From the NCBI GenBank assembly GCA_963745075.1, contig CAVUWV010000031.1:1-64000 (forward strand): a stretch of DNA of 64,000 nt, read 5' to 3'. The stretch is from Candidatus Hydrogenedentota bacterium. GTDB taxonomy: Bacteria; Hydrogenedentota; Hydrogenedentia; Hydrogenedentales; SLHB01. Below the pieces are notes generated by a model, which was not told the DNA's origin, did not search any database, and was given only the letters and a program-made list of their open reading frames with translations. Both the position numbers and the translations under genes were made by a program. Of the stretch, positions 52,196 to 62,580 are shown piece after piece (the first letter of the stretch is position 1; every line of letters starts with the position of its first letter).

Positions 52196-53158
52196 TCAGA
52201 TTATCCGCAGCGCGTCCAGCGCGGCTTCGAAATCCGCGGGCGGGGGCGCGTTGAACTGCATGCGTTCGCCCGTCCCTGGGTGTTCAAACCCCAAGTGTTC
52301 GGCGTGGAGGGCTTGGCCGTTGAGGGCTTCGAGGACGAGGCGGAGTTCGGGGGAAATGGGCCATTTCTTGAAGTCGGTGACGCCGTAGATGGGGTCGCCG
52401 AGGACGGCGTGGCCGGCGAAGCGGAGGTGGACGCGGATCTGGTGGGTGCGGCCGGTATCGAGTTTGAGGCTGACGAGGGACGCGATGCCGAAGCGTTCGA
52501 GGGCGATGAAGTTGGTGATGGCGTCTTTGCCGTGGATGCCGGTGACGGTCATGCGTTTGCGGTCCTGGGTGCTGCGGCCGACGGTGGCGTTGATGCGGCC
52601 CCGGTCTTCCTTGAACTGGCCCTGCACGAGGGCGAGGTAGCGCCGGTCGAAGGTGTGTTCGCGGGACTGTTCGGCGAGGCCAATAAACGCGCGCGGGGAT
52701 TTCGCGACGACCATCACGCCCGAGGTGAACTGGTCGAGCCGGTGGACGATGCCGGGCCGCTGGGCGTCCGCGCCGGGGCGCTGGAAATCCGCGCAATGGT
52801 ACAGCACCGCGTTGACGAGGGTGCCGTCCGGATGGCCCGGCGCGGGATGGACGACCAGGCCGGACGGCTTGTTGATCACCAGCACGTCGGCGTCTTCAAA
52901 CAGGATTTCGAGGGGAATGTCCTGCGGTTCGAGCGCGGTGGACGGCGGCGGCGGGAGTTCGGCCGTGATCGTGTAACCGTCGTGGACGGTCTGGCTCGGC
53001 CGCGTGCAGACCTCGCCGTTCACACGGATACGCTTCTCCTTGATCAGCTTCTTCAGATACGAGCGCGTTGCGTCTTCAATGCACGCCGCCAGGTACACGT
53101 CGAGCCGGAGCCCTTCGTGATCCTCATCGACGATTTCTTCAAAGCGTTGCGGCTGCAC
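52196..53158 (-). CDS. rluD: RluA/RluD-family pseudouridine synthase with S4 domain
   Basis: RLDVYL, NKPSGLVVHP, GIVHRLD, TGRTHQIRVH, GDPIYG, ALHA. Confidence 0.92.
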   Translation of the reverse strand: MQPQRFEEIVDEDHEGLRLDVYLAACIEDATRSYLKKLIKEKRIRVNGEVCTRPSQTVHDGYTITAELPPPPSTALEPQDIPLEILFEDADVLVINKPSGLVVHPAPGHPDGTLVNAVLYHCADFQRPGADAQRPGIVHRLDQFTSGVMVVAKSPRAFIGLAEQSREHTFDRRYLALVQGQFKEDRGRINATVGRSTQDRKRMTVTGIHGKDAITNFIALERFGIASLVSLKLDTGRTHQIRVHLRFAGHAVLGDPIYGVTDFKKWPISPELRLVLEALNGQALHAEHLGFEHPGTGERMQFNAPPPADFEAALDALRII

Positions 53159-54666
53159 GGCGAAATCCCGGCGCAAGCGCCTTGTACGTATCTTGGTATA
53201 GCGCGAAGCCGTCGTCGTAGCGCTTGGCGAGGCTCGCGTCCGGCTGGCAGGTGTCGACGACTTTGATGATCGCGTCGCAGGCTTCTTCGACGGACTTGTA
53301 GAGGCCCGTCTCGACCGTCGCGAGCAAGGCGGCGCCGTAGGCGGGACCCTCGTCGATGTTGGTGGTGACCAGCGGCGTCTTGTTCACGTCCGCCTGGATC
53401 TGCCGCCAAAGCGGACTGCGCGCGCCGCCGCCCGAGGCGCGGACCTGTGTCACCGGGCACGCCCATCTCGTGCATGATTTCGAGGCTGTCCCGCATGGAA
53501 TAGGCCACGCCTTCGAGGACCGCGCGGCTCATGTGTGCGCGGGTGTGGCGCAGCGACAACCCCACGAATGCGCCCTTCGCGTAGGGGTCTTTGTGGGGCG
53601 TGCGTTCGCCGGTGAGGTAGGGCAGGAAGGTCAGCCCTTCCGCGCCGGGCGGGATGGTCTCCGCCGCAGCGGTGATGTATTCGTAGGGGTCGCGCCCCGT
53701 TTCCACGGCCACGGCCTTCTCGTTCTGGCACAGCGCGTCGCGGAACCAGCGCAGCGATCCGCCCGCACTCAGCACCACGCCCATGACATGCCACTTGCCG
53801 GGAACGGAGTGACAGAAGGTATGCACGCGACCCTGCGGGTCCAGGCTAATCTTCTCGGAAAAGGCGAAGACCACGCCGCTGGTGCCGACCGTCGACGAAA
53901 TCACGCCGGGCCGGACGATGCCGTTGCCCACGCCGCCTGCGGCCTGGTCGCCTCCGCCCGCGATGACGGGAATGCCCGCAGGAAGCCCCGTCAGTTTCGC
54001 CGCTTCAGCGGAGAGTTTGCCCGTGACTTCCGTGCCCTCGAACGCGGGCGGCATAAAGTCCGCGTTAATATCGAGGATGGACATCAACTCTTTGTGCCAG
54101 GTCCGATTCTTCACGTCGAAGAGCAGCGTGCCCGAAGCGTCCGCCACATCTGTCGCGAATTCGCCGGTGAGCACGTAGCGGATGTAGTCCTTGGGCAGCA
54201 GGACCTTGCGGACCTTTTCGTAGACCGCGGGCTCGTTGTCCCGCAACCACAGGATTTTCGGCGCGGTGAACCCGGTCAGGGCGGGGTTGCAGACCATCTC
54301 GATGAGCCGCTTCTCCCCCACCTTTTCGGTAATCGCGTCGCACTGGGGTGCGGTACGCTGGTCGCACCAGAGCAGGGCGTTGCGCAGAACCTGATTATCA
54401 GCGTCGAGGAAGACCGAGCCATGCATCTGGCCCGTGAGGCCGATCCCTTTAACGTCCTTGGGATTGACCCCTTCGGCGTGGGCGAGCATGGTCAGCGCTT
54501 TGTAGGCCGCCTCCTTCCAGTCGGCGGGATCCTGTTCGGCCCAATCGGGCTTAGGAGTCAGCAGGGGGTACTCGACCAAAGCCGAGGCGACGAGTTTGCC
54601 GGTCGCGTCCATGGCGACGGCTTTGGTGCCGCTGGTACCCACATCAACGCCGATAACGATACTCAT
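53139..54666 (-). CDS. xylB: Xylulokinase; frameshift near 53453
   Basis: GVDVGTSG, GQMHG, LPKDY, GGGDQAA, PYLTGERTP, then GGGARS in a second frame. Confidence 0.9.
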
Positions 54667-54735
54667 CCTCGAATCACTCCCTTGTAGTACGAACTGCTAC
54701 AACCCAACCCGTCGGGTACCTCTGAACAGCACCAA

Positions 54736-54899
54736 TAACATCCCCCTTGATCCCCCTTCAAAGGGGGAATTGCGCTCAATCACGCTAGTTCGTAAAGGGA
54801 CCGCGCTTGGCTCTGAACCTGGGTCATTGCCAGAGCCGGAACGCAACGCGAAGTGTTACGACTTATTCCCCCTTTGAAGGGGGACCAAGGGGGATGTTA
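54736..54899. repeat. Family A element
   Basis: TAACATCCCCCTTGATCCCCCTTCAAAGGGGGAAT ... ATTCCCCCTTTGAAGGGGGACCAAGGGGGATGTTA. Confidence 0.9.
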
Positions 54900-54980
54900 G
54901 TTCGGCGCAACGGCTTCCTGCAACTAGGTCCCGCGCTGCCAAGGTATCGATTCTCGGCTAAACGCATTCCGGGTACACAG

Positions 54981-55015
54981 AAAAAGGGCAGGACTGCATG
55001 AGAACAGTCCTGCCC
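54981..55015 (-). terminator. Intrinsic terminator after rpsU
   Basis: 11-bp stem GGGCAGGACTG/CAGTCCTGCCC followed by T5 on the minus strand. Confidence 0.8.
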
Positions 55016-55043
55016 GGAGGATACCATGGATGGCCGGCTCGAA

Positions 55044-55226
55044 TCAGTCCGCGCTGGCGTTGCGGGCGATGGCCTTGGCCAATTTGCGGCGGCGACGTTC
55101 GCTCGGCTTCTCGTAGTGCTTCATTTCTTTCAGGCGCTGCATGAGGCCTTCTTTGTTGCACTTTTTCTTGAAGCGGCGTAGTGCTTTCTCAAATGGCTCG
55201 TCGCTCTTGACGCGCACTTTGGTCAC
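55044..55226 (-). CDS. rpsU: 30S ribosomal protein S21
   Basis: EPFEKALRRFKK, HYEKPSERRR; GGAGG RBS. Confidence 0.95.
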   Translation of the reverse strand: MTKVRVKSDEPFEKALRRFKKKCNKEGLMQRLKEMKHYEKPSERRRRKLAKAIARNASAD

Positions 55227-55364
55227 TAAAAATCAACCTCCCCTCATCCATCACCACGGCATCAGCGTGGTGGAGTATCTCGAACCGTGGCTAGATTTTT
55301 CGAGGTTTTGCGCAACCTTCTTCCTCGCAAACACGGTCCGGAGTGCATGCGCTTGCAGCCATAT

Positions 55365-55434
55365 ACTGTATCATGCCGACCCCAGGGTGTCAACGAGCCC
55401 ATCGTTTGACTGACTCTATCCCCACTGTTACAAT
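55365..55434. promoter_or_regulatory. Back-to-back sigma70 promoters for rpsU (-) and the pyr operon (+)
   Basis: Minus: TTGACA (55393-55388)-17-TACAGT; plus: TTGACT (55406)-17-TACAAT; both have extended -10 TG. Confidence 0.65.
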
Positions 55435-55496
55435 CAGCTTCGGTACACCATAGACGACCTGAATTGAGAGCGAGTGTGGGTATGAACATGGCCGGA

Positions 55497-55530
55497 CCTT
55501 CTCCCCTTGGTGAGAAGGCCTTTCTTTTAT
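55497..55530 (+). terminator. Leader terminator upstream of pyrR (possible attenuator)
   Basis: CCTTCTC...GAGAAGG hairpin with TTTCTTTT tail between the promoter and pyrR. Confidence 0.55.
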
Positions 55531-55561
55531 CCGGCTGTCTTTGCGGGACTTGTCGATAATC

Positions 55562-56152
55562 ATGGCCGAGCTGGAAAACGAGGAAAACACCGAAACCACG
55601 GTTGTGCTCGATGCCGACGCCATGCGGACTGCCATCCACCGCGTGGCCCAGGAAATTGTCGCGGCGAACGACGACTTGGCCTCCGTCGCCCTCCTGGGAA
55701 TATTGAGTCGTGGCCGTCCCCTTGCCGAGCGGTTCGCCGCCGAAATCGAGTCTATGACCGGGACCGCGCCTCGGGTTGGCTCCCTCTCCACCGAGTTGTA
55801 CCGGGACAACGTCCGGAGCGGTAAACGGGCGGCCTCCCTCGGACATGTGACCCACTTCGACTTCGACGTAGAAGGAACGACCGTCATCCTGGTGGACGAC
55901 GTGCTCTCGACGGGGCGAACCGTCCGCGCGGCCATGGATGAAATCATCGACTACGGCCGGCCGCAGTGCATCCGGCTGGCTTGTCTGGTGGATCGGGGGC
56001 TGCGTGAATTGCCCATCCAGGCGGATTATCTGGGCTGGTCTCTGGCGACCAAACCGGACGATCGCGTGTTTGTGCGCCTGAAAGAGTCGGATGGTGAGGA
56101 TAGCGTACTGCTGAAGAGCCGGCCCGACGCCGCCGAGGAGGCCGAGGAATGA
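55562..56152 (+). CDS. pyrR: PyrR regulator / uracil phosphoribosyltransferase
   Basis: LYRD, VILVDDVLSTGRT, DRGLRELPIQADY. Confidence 0.92.
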   Translation: MAELENEENTETTVVLDADAMRTAIHRVAQEIVAANDDLASVALLGILSRGRPLAERFAAEIESMTGTAPRVGSLSTELYRDNVRSGKRAASLGHVTHFDFDVEGTTVILVDDVLSTGRTVRAAMDEIIDYGRPQCIRLACLVDRGLRELPIQADYLGWSLATKPDDRVFVRLKESDGEDSVLLKSRPDAAEEAEE

Positions 56153-57132
56153 CGCCTCCCGACTCCAAACCCGCACCGGCCTGGACGCGAAAAGATTTAA
56201 CCGGCCTCGAGGACCTGTCCCGCGAAGAAATTGAGACCGTTCTGGACACGGCGCCCCAGTTTGTTGCCATCGCGAAACGGGAAAGCGGCATCAAGCGGGT
56301 GCCGTTGTTGCAAGGGCGGCTCATCGTGAACTGGTTCTTCGAGCCGAGCACGCGCACGCGGACCTCGTTCGAGATCGCGGCGAAACGGCTCAGCGCGGAT
56401 TCCCTCACCATCAATGTGCAGGTTTCGAGTTCCAAGAAAGGCGAGACGCTGCACGATACCCTGAACAATATCGAGGCCATGCACAGCGACGTGGTGGTCA
56501 TTCGGCATAGCCTGGCGGGCGCGCCTCACATTCTGGCCCAACATCACGATTCACATATCATCAACGCGGGCGACGGCGCGCACGAACATCCGACGCAAGC
56601 CCTGCTCGATGCCTTCACCATCCGGGACCACGTCCGCAAACAACGCCAGGATCCGAACGCAACGCTGGACGGCATCCGGGTCGCCATTATCGGCGACATT
56701 TCCCATAGCCGTGTGGCTCGAAGCAACGTCTGGGGCCTGACCAAGCTGGGCGCGAAGGTGGTTTTGTGCGGTCCAAGCACCTTGATGCCGCCGGAGATCG
56801 GCCGGATGGGGGCGGAGACTACATCCGATCTGCGGGAAGCCATTGAAGGTGTGGATGTGGTGTACTCGTTGCGCATCCAGCTCGAACGGCAGCAGAAATG
56901 CCTGTTCCCGAGCATCCGTGAATACATCCGGCTGTTCCGCATCGACAACGAATCGCTCAAAGCCGCGCCGCCGCAGGCGCTGATCATGCACCCGGGCCCC
57001 ATCAATCGGGATATCGAGTTGTCCGCCGAAGTCGCCGACGGTCCGCACAGCGTCGTGTTGGAGCAGGTGTCCAACGGGGTGGCCGTGCGCATGGCCATCA
57101 TGCATCTACTGGTAAACGGCCGCGCCGCGTAA
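56149..57132 (+). CDS. pyrB: Aspartate carbamoyltransferase
   Basis: FEPSTRT, INAGDG, HPTQ, MHPGP. Confidence 0.95.
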   Translation: MTPPDSKPAPAWTRKDLTGLEDLSREEIETVLDTAPQFVAIAKRESGIKRVPLLQGRLIVNWFFEPSTRTRTSFEIAAKRLSADSLTINVQVSSSKKGETLHDTLNNIEAMHSDVVVIRHSLAGAPHILAQHHDSHIINAGDGAHEHPTQALLDAFTIRDHVRKQRQDPNATLDGIRVAIIGDISHSRVARSNVWGLTKLGAKVVLCGPSTLMPPEIGRMGAETTSDLREAIEGVDVVYSLRIQLERQQKCLFPSIREYIRLFRIDNESLKAAPPQALIMHPGPINRDIELSAEVADGPHSVVLEQVSNGVAVRMAIMHLLVNGRAA

Positions 57133-57180
57133 ATGAAAACAAGAACCCGTCGGGGTTTTGAAAGAGCGTCTACGATCTTC

Positions 57181-57308
57181 TCGTGCTCGTAATCGTTATC
57201 GTAATCGAGAGTTGAAACGGTCTGAGTAGAAATCAGAACTTGAGGATCTGAACGAGGGCGCAGCGTCATTGCACGTTGTCGATTACGATTACGAGCACGA
57301 GTACGATT
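57181..57308. repeat. Family D paired (TCGTAA)n / (TTACGA)n arms between pyrB and pyrC
   Basis: TCGTGCTCGTAATCGTTATCGTAATCGA ... TCGATTACGATTACGAGCACGAGTACGA. Confidence 0.85.
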
Positions 57309-57328
57309 TGAGAGGAGCAAATGCACCT

Positions 57329-58597
<1,269 letters not shown>

Positions 58598-58669
58598 TTC
58601 AATTCCGGTTCATCCGCGCACCCAACTGTGGTAGGCTCGTTCGAACAGTTTCTGGTGCGAGATTCGGCA

Positions 58670-59170
58670 ATGCAAGGACAGGCAAACTTCCAATACGATC
58701 ACCCCTGGGGACCCATTTACGGATGGTTTTCCCCCGCCGGACTGACGTGGCTCGAGCTGCCCCACGCGGAGAAGGGATTTGCGCGGCGGTCCGTGTTGCA
58801 CTCGGCGGCCAATGACGCGCGGGTCTGGGACCTGCACGCGGCGCTTGAACGGTATTTCGCGGGGGTGGAGGAAGGGTTCGAATCCATTCCCCTCGATTTG
58901 AACGGCGCCACGGATTTTCAACGCGCGGTCTGGCTTGCGTCTCGCGAAACATCATGGGGTGTGACGCAAACGTATGGGGATCTGGCCCAACGGCTTGGGA
59001 AGAACGCGGGCGCCGCGCGCGCGGTGGGTCATGCCTTGGGCGCGAACCCAATCGCGGTGCTCGTTCCCTGCCATCGTTTCCTCGGCAAGGACGGCAAGCT
59101 CCAAGGCTATGCCGCCGGGCTGGCGTGGAAACGGGAGTTGCTCCGCATCGAAGGCGCTCTGCTGCACTGA
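58670..59170 (+). CDS. ogt: Methylated-DNA-protein-cysteine methyltransferase
   Basis: TDFQRAVW, ARAVG, PCHR. Confidence 0.9.
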   Translation: MQGQANFQYDHPWGPIYGWFSPAGLTWLELPHAEKGFARRSVLHSAANDARVWDLHAALERYFAGVEEGFESIPLDLNGATDFQRAVWLASRETSWGVTQTYGDLAQRLGKNAGAARAVGHALGANPIAVLVPCHRFLGKDGKLQGYAAGLAWKRELLRIEGALLH

Positions 59171-59186
59171 TGAGCAGACACAGGCG

Positions 59187-59999
59187 CTACCCCCGTGGCA
59201 GTCCAGCGTCGAGTTCCTGTTGATACGTCTCACACACGAACGACGAATCCGGGAGCGCGTCCGTCAGGGGATCATCCGCTTCGCCGCAGAAGCCGAGATG
59301 CAAATGCTTCCGCCAGCCTTCGGCGTATTCGTATTTCCCAGACATGCGGCCGACGAGGGCGGACATTTCTTCCAACGTCGTGAGATAGCTGTCGAGTCCC
59401 TGGCTGCGGTCGAGCCACTCCTTCTGCGACTTGTGACAAGCGAGAGACGCGCGTTTCGTCTTCACGACGGACGTGATATCGACGTACTGTCCCGCGCGGA
59501 CGACACGGCGCAACGGGTCGCGCAGTCCCCACGGCAACGCATGGTACACCGTCACCGGATCGCCGGCGGGAGGACGCGGCGGATCGGTCATGTAGTTGCA
59601 CATGCCCCGGAAGAATGCCGCGGAGACGGCGATCCGGCAGGCATTCATGTGGTCTTCCATGTAGTCCTGCGGCGATTGCACAAGGAGAATGCGCGGCTTG
59701 ATCTCCCGGATAACGGAGCAGACTTTACGCGGCGCGACGCGGTCGTAGAATAAGTCCAGGTCATCCGCGAAGGGCTCGTGGAAGGTGGCTCCGAGCACCT
59801 TGGCGGCTTCGCGGGCTTCTTCCGTGCGCTGAGCGATGATGCTTTCCCGCGTGGTCCAGTCCGTGCCCATGGAGCCGTTGCAGAGGTTCATGTAGTGCAC
59901 GTCATACCCGGCCTTGTCCAGCATCAACAGGGTGCCGCCCATCATTAACTCGATATCGTCGGGGTGCGCCGCCACGGCGAACGCTACGGGTTTACTCAT
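59187..59999 (-). CDS. PIG-L/LmbE family deacetylase
   Basis: AHPDDIE, EDH, CHKSQ, YAEG. Confidence 0.85.
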   Translation of the reverse strand: MSKPVAFAVAAHPDDIELMMGGTLLMLDKAGYDVHYMNLCNGSMGTDWTTRESIIAQRTEEAREAAKVLGATFHEPFADDLDLFYDRVAPRKVCSVIREIKPRILLVQSPQDYMEDHMNACRIAVSAAFFRGMCNYMTDPPRPPAGDPVTVYHALPWGLRDPLRRVVRAGQYVDITSVVKTKRASLACHKSQKEWLDRSQGLDSYLTTLEEMSALVGRMSGKYEYAEGWRKHLHLGFCGEADDPLTDALPDSSFVCETYQQELDAGLPRG

Positions 60000-60050
60000 T
60001 GTCGGTCCCCTTACTAACTCGTGGTATTGACGTCGATACGGGCATACGCA

Positions 60051-60413
60051 TCAGGCTTCGCGCTCGGGTCTATGGGGCAGTTCCTCGCCGAAGGACCGAA
60101 TTTCCACATGTTCCAGCGTGGCGATGCCTTCGTGAATCACGGCTTCGAGGACCGGCAAGAATCGTTTGAGATTCTCCACCGTATCCACGATTTCGACAAT
60201 CACGGGCAATTCCGTGGTGAGGCGGAGTACCTTCGTGGTGTGGATGCGGTGATGAACGCCGTATCCGGCCATTCCGCGCAGCGCCGTCGCCCCGGCAATG
60301 CCGTGGTCGCGCGCCATCTGGATAATCCATTCGTACAACGGCATCCCTTCGTGCCGGTCGGACTCCCCGACGAAAACACGTAACAGACATCCTTCTTCGA
60401 GATATCTCCGCAC
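60051..60413 (-). CDS. DUF190 family (PII-like) protein
   Basis: LRVFVGESD, AGATALRG, LPVIVEIVD; follows crcB. Confidence 0.85.
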   Translation of the reverse strand: MRRYLEEGCLLRVFVGESDRHEGMPLYEWIIQMARDHGIAGATALRGMAGYGVHHRIHTTKVLRLTTELPVIVEIVDTVENLKRFLPVLEAVIHEGIATLEHVEIRSFGEELPHRPEREA

Positions 60414-60476
60414 GACGACTCCTTGGGTTTGGCCGCGAAAGGGATAGAGTCCTCCCCGTCACGCCCGGTACAATTC

Positions 60477-60600
60477 TCGTAGTCGTACTTGTAATCGAAT
60501 ACGCCGCAAAAGGCCAAGAGTAAATAGCGGCCGTTTGGCTCCTTGACGCGAGTTGCACGGTTGGTTCGATTACGATTACGAGCACGATTACGATTACGAA
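60477..60600. repeat. Family D paired arms between crcB and DUF190
   Basis: TCGTAGTCGTACTTGTAATCGAA ... TTCGATTACGATTACGAGCACGATTACGATTACGAA. Confidence 0.85.
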
Positions 60601-60627
60601 TATTTCTTACTTCGCTTGTTTATGTCT

Positions 60628-61005
60628 TCATATTGCACGCGCCAGCGCGTATCCCAGCCAGACGGCGAACAATCCGACCACGATCTGAACACCGACATTC
60701 GCCAGCGCCAACATTGTTTCGCCGTCGCGGCCCAATCCGAACGTTTCGTATCCGAAGGTGGAAAAGGTGGTGAAACCGCCCAACATGCCGACCATGACGA
60801 ACATGCGGGCGTTGGGGTGCATGATTTCGCGCACTTCGGCCAGTCCGCCCAGCAGTCCGATCATGAGGCACCCCAGCACGTTCACCGCCAGGGTACCGAC
60901 GGGAATCCAAGGCTTGTCCACCAGGTTCTGAACCCAACCACTTACGAGGTACCGGCCCGCCGAACCGACAAACCCTCCTAAACCCACGAGAAGTATGTTC
61001 AGCAT
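60628..61005 (-). CDS. crcB: Fluoride efflux channel
   Basis: GGFVGSAGRY, GTLAVN, GGFTTFSTF. Confidence 0.93.
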   Translation of the reverse strand: MLNILLVGLGGFVGSAGRYLVSGWVQNLVDKPWIPVGTLAVNVLGCLMIGLLGGLAEVREIMHPNARMFVMVGMLGGFTTFSTFGYETFGLGRDGETMLALANVGVQIVVGLFAVWLGYALARAI

Positions 61006-61254
61006 GTGTCATCCACGGCAAAGATTGACGTAACGAAATCCCCGGCAATTGTGTGCTACAACCGCGCTCGGGTGCAAGTGGAGAAAAGGGATGGAGACCG
61101 GAAGACTGGGGATGGTCATTTGATCGGACAGATCAGACCGATCGGTCCGATCCGACGGATCAAACACGTCAACCAGGGGCTACCCGCCCATCGTATGGGC
61201 ATTTCGCAGGCGCGCTCCATTGTGCAGACCGGTCCGTTGCAGTAGGATTGGTGC

Positions 61255-62580
61255 ATGGCAGAAGACCTTTTCAAGCATGCGGCAGCGGAACGGCTGCGCA
61301 AAGAGGCGCCGTTGGCGCGCCGGGTGGCGCCGCGTAAGCTGGACGACTTGATCGGCCAGGAGCATATCCTTGGTCCCGGCAAGATCCTCCGCCGGGCCAT
61401 CGAGGCGGACCGGATCACATCGCTCATCCTTTACGGTCCCCCGGGCTGCGGGAAGACGGCCCTCGCGCGGCTCATCGCGATGCGAACCCAGTCCGTCTTC
61501 GACAATTTGAATGCGGTGACTTCGGGCGTAAAGGAACTCCGCGCGCTCATTGAGTCCGCCAAAACACGCCGGATCCATGAGAGCAAGAAGACGATTGTTT
61601 TCGTGGACGAGATTCACCGGTTCAATCGCGCGCAACAGGATGCCTTACTCCCGGACGTGGAGAACGGCAACATCGTGCTCATCGGGGCCACGACCGAAAA
61701 CCCGTTCTTCTCGGTCGTGTCTCCCCTTCTTTCACGATCGCAGATCTTTGAATTGCGTAAACTCTCCGAGGAGCAGATTGTCCAACTTCTGAAACGAGCG
61801 CTTACGCATCCGGAACGCGGCTGGGACGATATCGAAGTGCAGGCTGATGAAAACGCGCTGTTGCACTTCGCGACGTATGCGGAAGGCGACGCGCGCCGCG
61901 CGTTGAATGCCTTAGAGATTGCAGTACTCACCACGCCACCCGATGACGGCGTCGTGCACATCTCGCTCGCCGTGGCCGAGGAGTCCATTCAGAAGAAGCT
62001 GATCCATTACCAAGGCACGGGGGACGAACACTACGACGCGGCTTCGGCGTTCATCAAGAGTATGCGCGGCACCGATCCCGATTCGGCGTTGTACTGGATG
62101 GCGCTCATGCTGGAAGCGGGTGAAGACCCGCGGTTCATCGCCCGGCGCATCTGCATCGCCGCATCCGAAGACGTGGGCAACGCGGATCCCATGGCCTTGG
62201 TCGTGGCCACTTCCGCATGGCAGGCCTGCGAGTTTATTGGGTTGCCGGAGGCGCAAATCATCCTGGCGCAGGCCGCAACGTACGTCGCCTGCGCATCCAA
62301 GAGCAACTCCGCCGTGATGGGCATTTCCGAAGCCCGGCGGGATGTGCGCGAAGGAAAGACGGTCGAGGTTCCGTCCCACCTGCGGGATGCGCATTATCCC
62401 GGCGCGAAACGCTTAGGACGTGGAGAAGGCTACCAATACGCCCACGATTACGAGGACGGCTACGTGCCCCAAAACTACGGGGTACCGAGGGGGACCTACT
62501 ATCACCCCGTTGCGCGGGGCAAGGAAGCGGAATTCCAGGAACGGCTCGCCGAGTTCGACCGGCGAAACGAGGAAGACTAA
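61255..62580 (+). CDS. rarA: Replication-associated recombination protein A
   Basis: GPPGCGKT, DEIHRFN, GATTENP, SAFIKSMRG, SEDVGNADP. Confidence 0.93.
   Translation: MAEDLFKHAAAERLRKEAPLARRVAPRKLDDLIGQEHILGPGKILRRAIEADRITSLILYGPPGCGKTALARLIAMRTQSVFDNLNAVTSGVKELRALIESAKTRRIHESKKTIVFVDEIHRFNRAQQDALLPDVENGNIVLIGATTENPFFSVVSPLLSRSQIFELRKLSEEQIVQLLKRALTHPERGWDDIEVQADENALLHFATYAEGDARRALNALEIAVLTTPPDDGVVHISLAVAEESIQKKLIHYQGTGDEHYDAASAFIKSMRGTDPDSALYWMALMLEAGEDPRFIARRICIAASEDVGNADPMALVVATSAWQACEFIGLPEAQIILAQAATYVACASKSNSAVMGISEARRDVREGKTVEVPSHLRDAHYPGAKRLGRGEGYQYAHDYEDGYVPQNYGVPRGTYYHPVARGKEAEFQERLAEFDRRNEED

Noticed and set aside
3882..54899. Family A repeats as a CRISPR array
   Set aside because: Repeats are inverted pairs dispersed over the window, cores are homologous, and no cas genes are present.
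57269..57328. DYDYEHEY N-terminal extension of PyrC (also ORF 60553-60981)
   Set aside because: Translation of the family D repeat; PyrC start at 57329 has an AGAGGAG RBS.
61006..61254. Fluoride riboswitch upstream of crcB
   Set aside because: No GGnGATGGnG...TGATG consensus found on the crcB strand.
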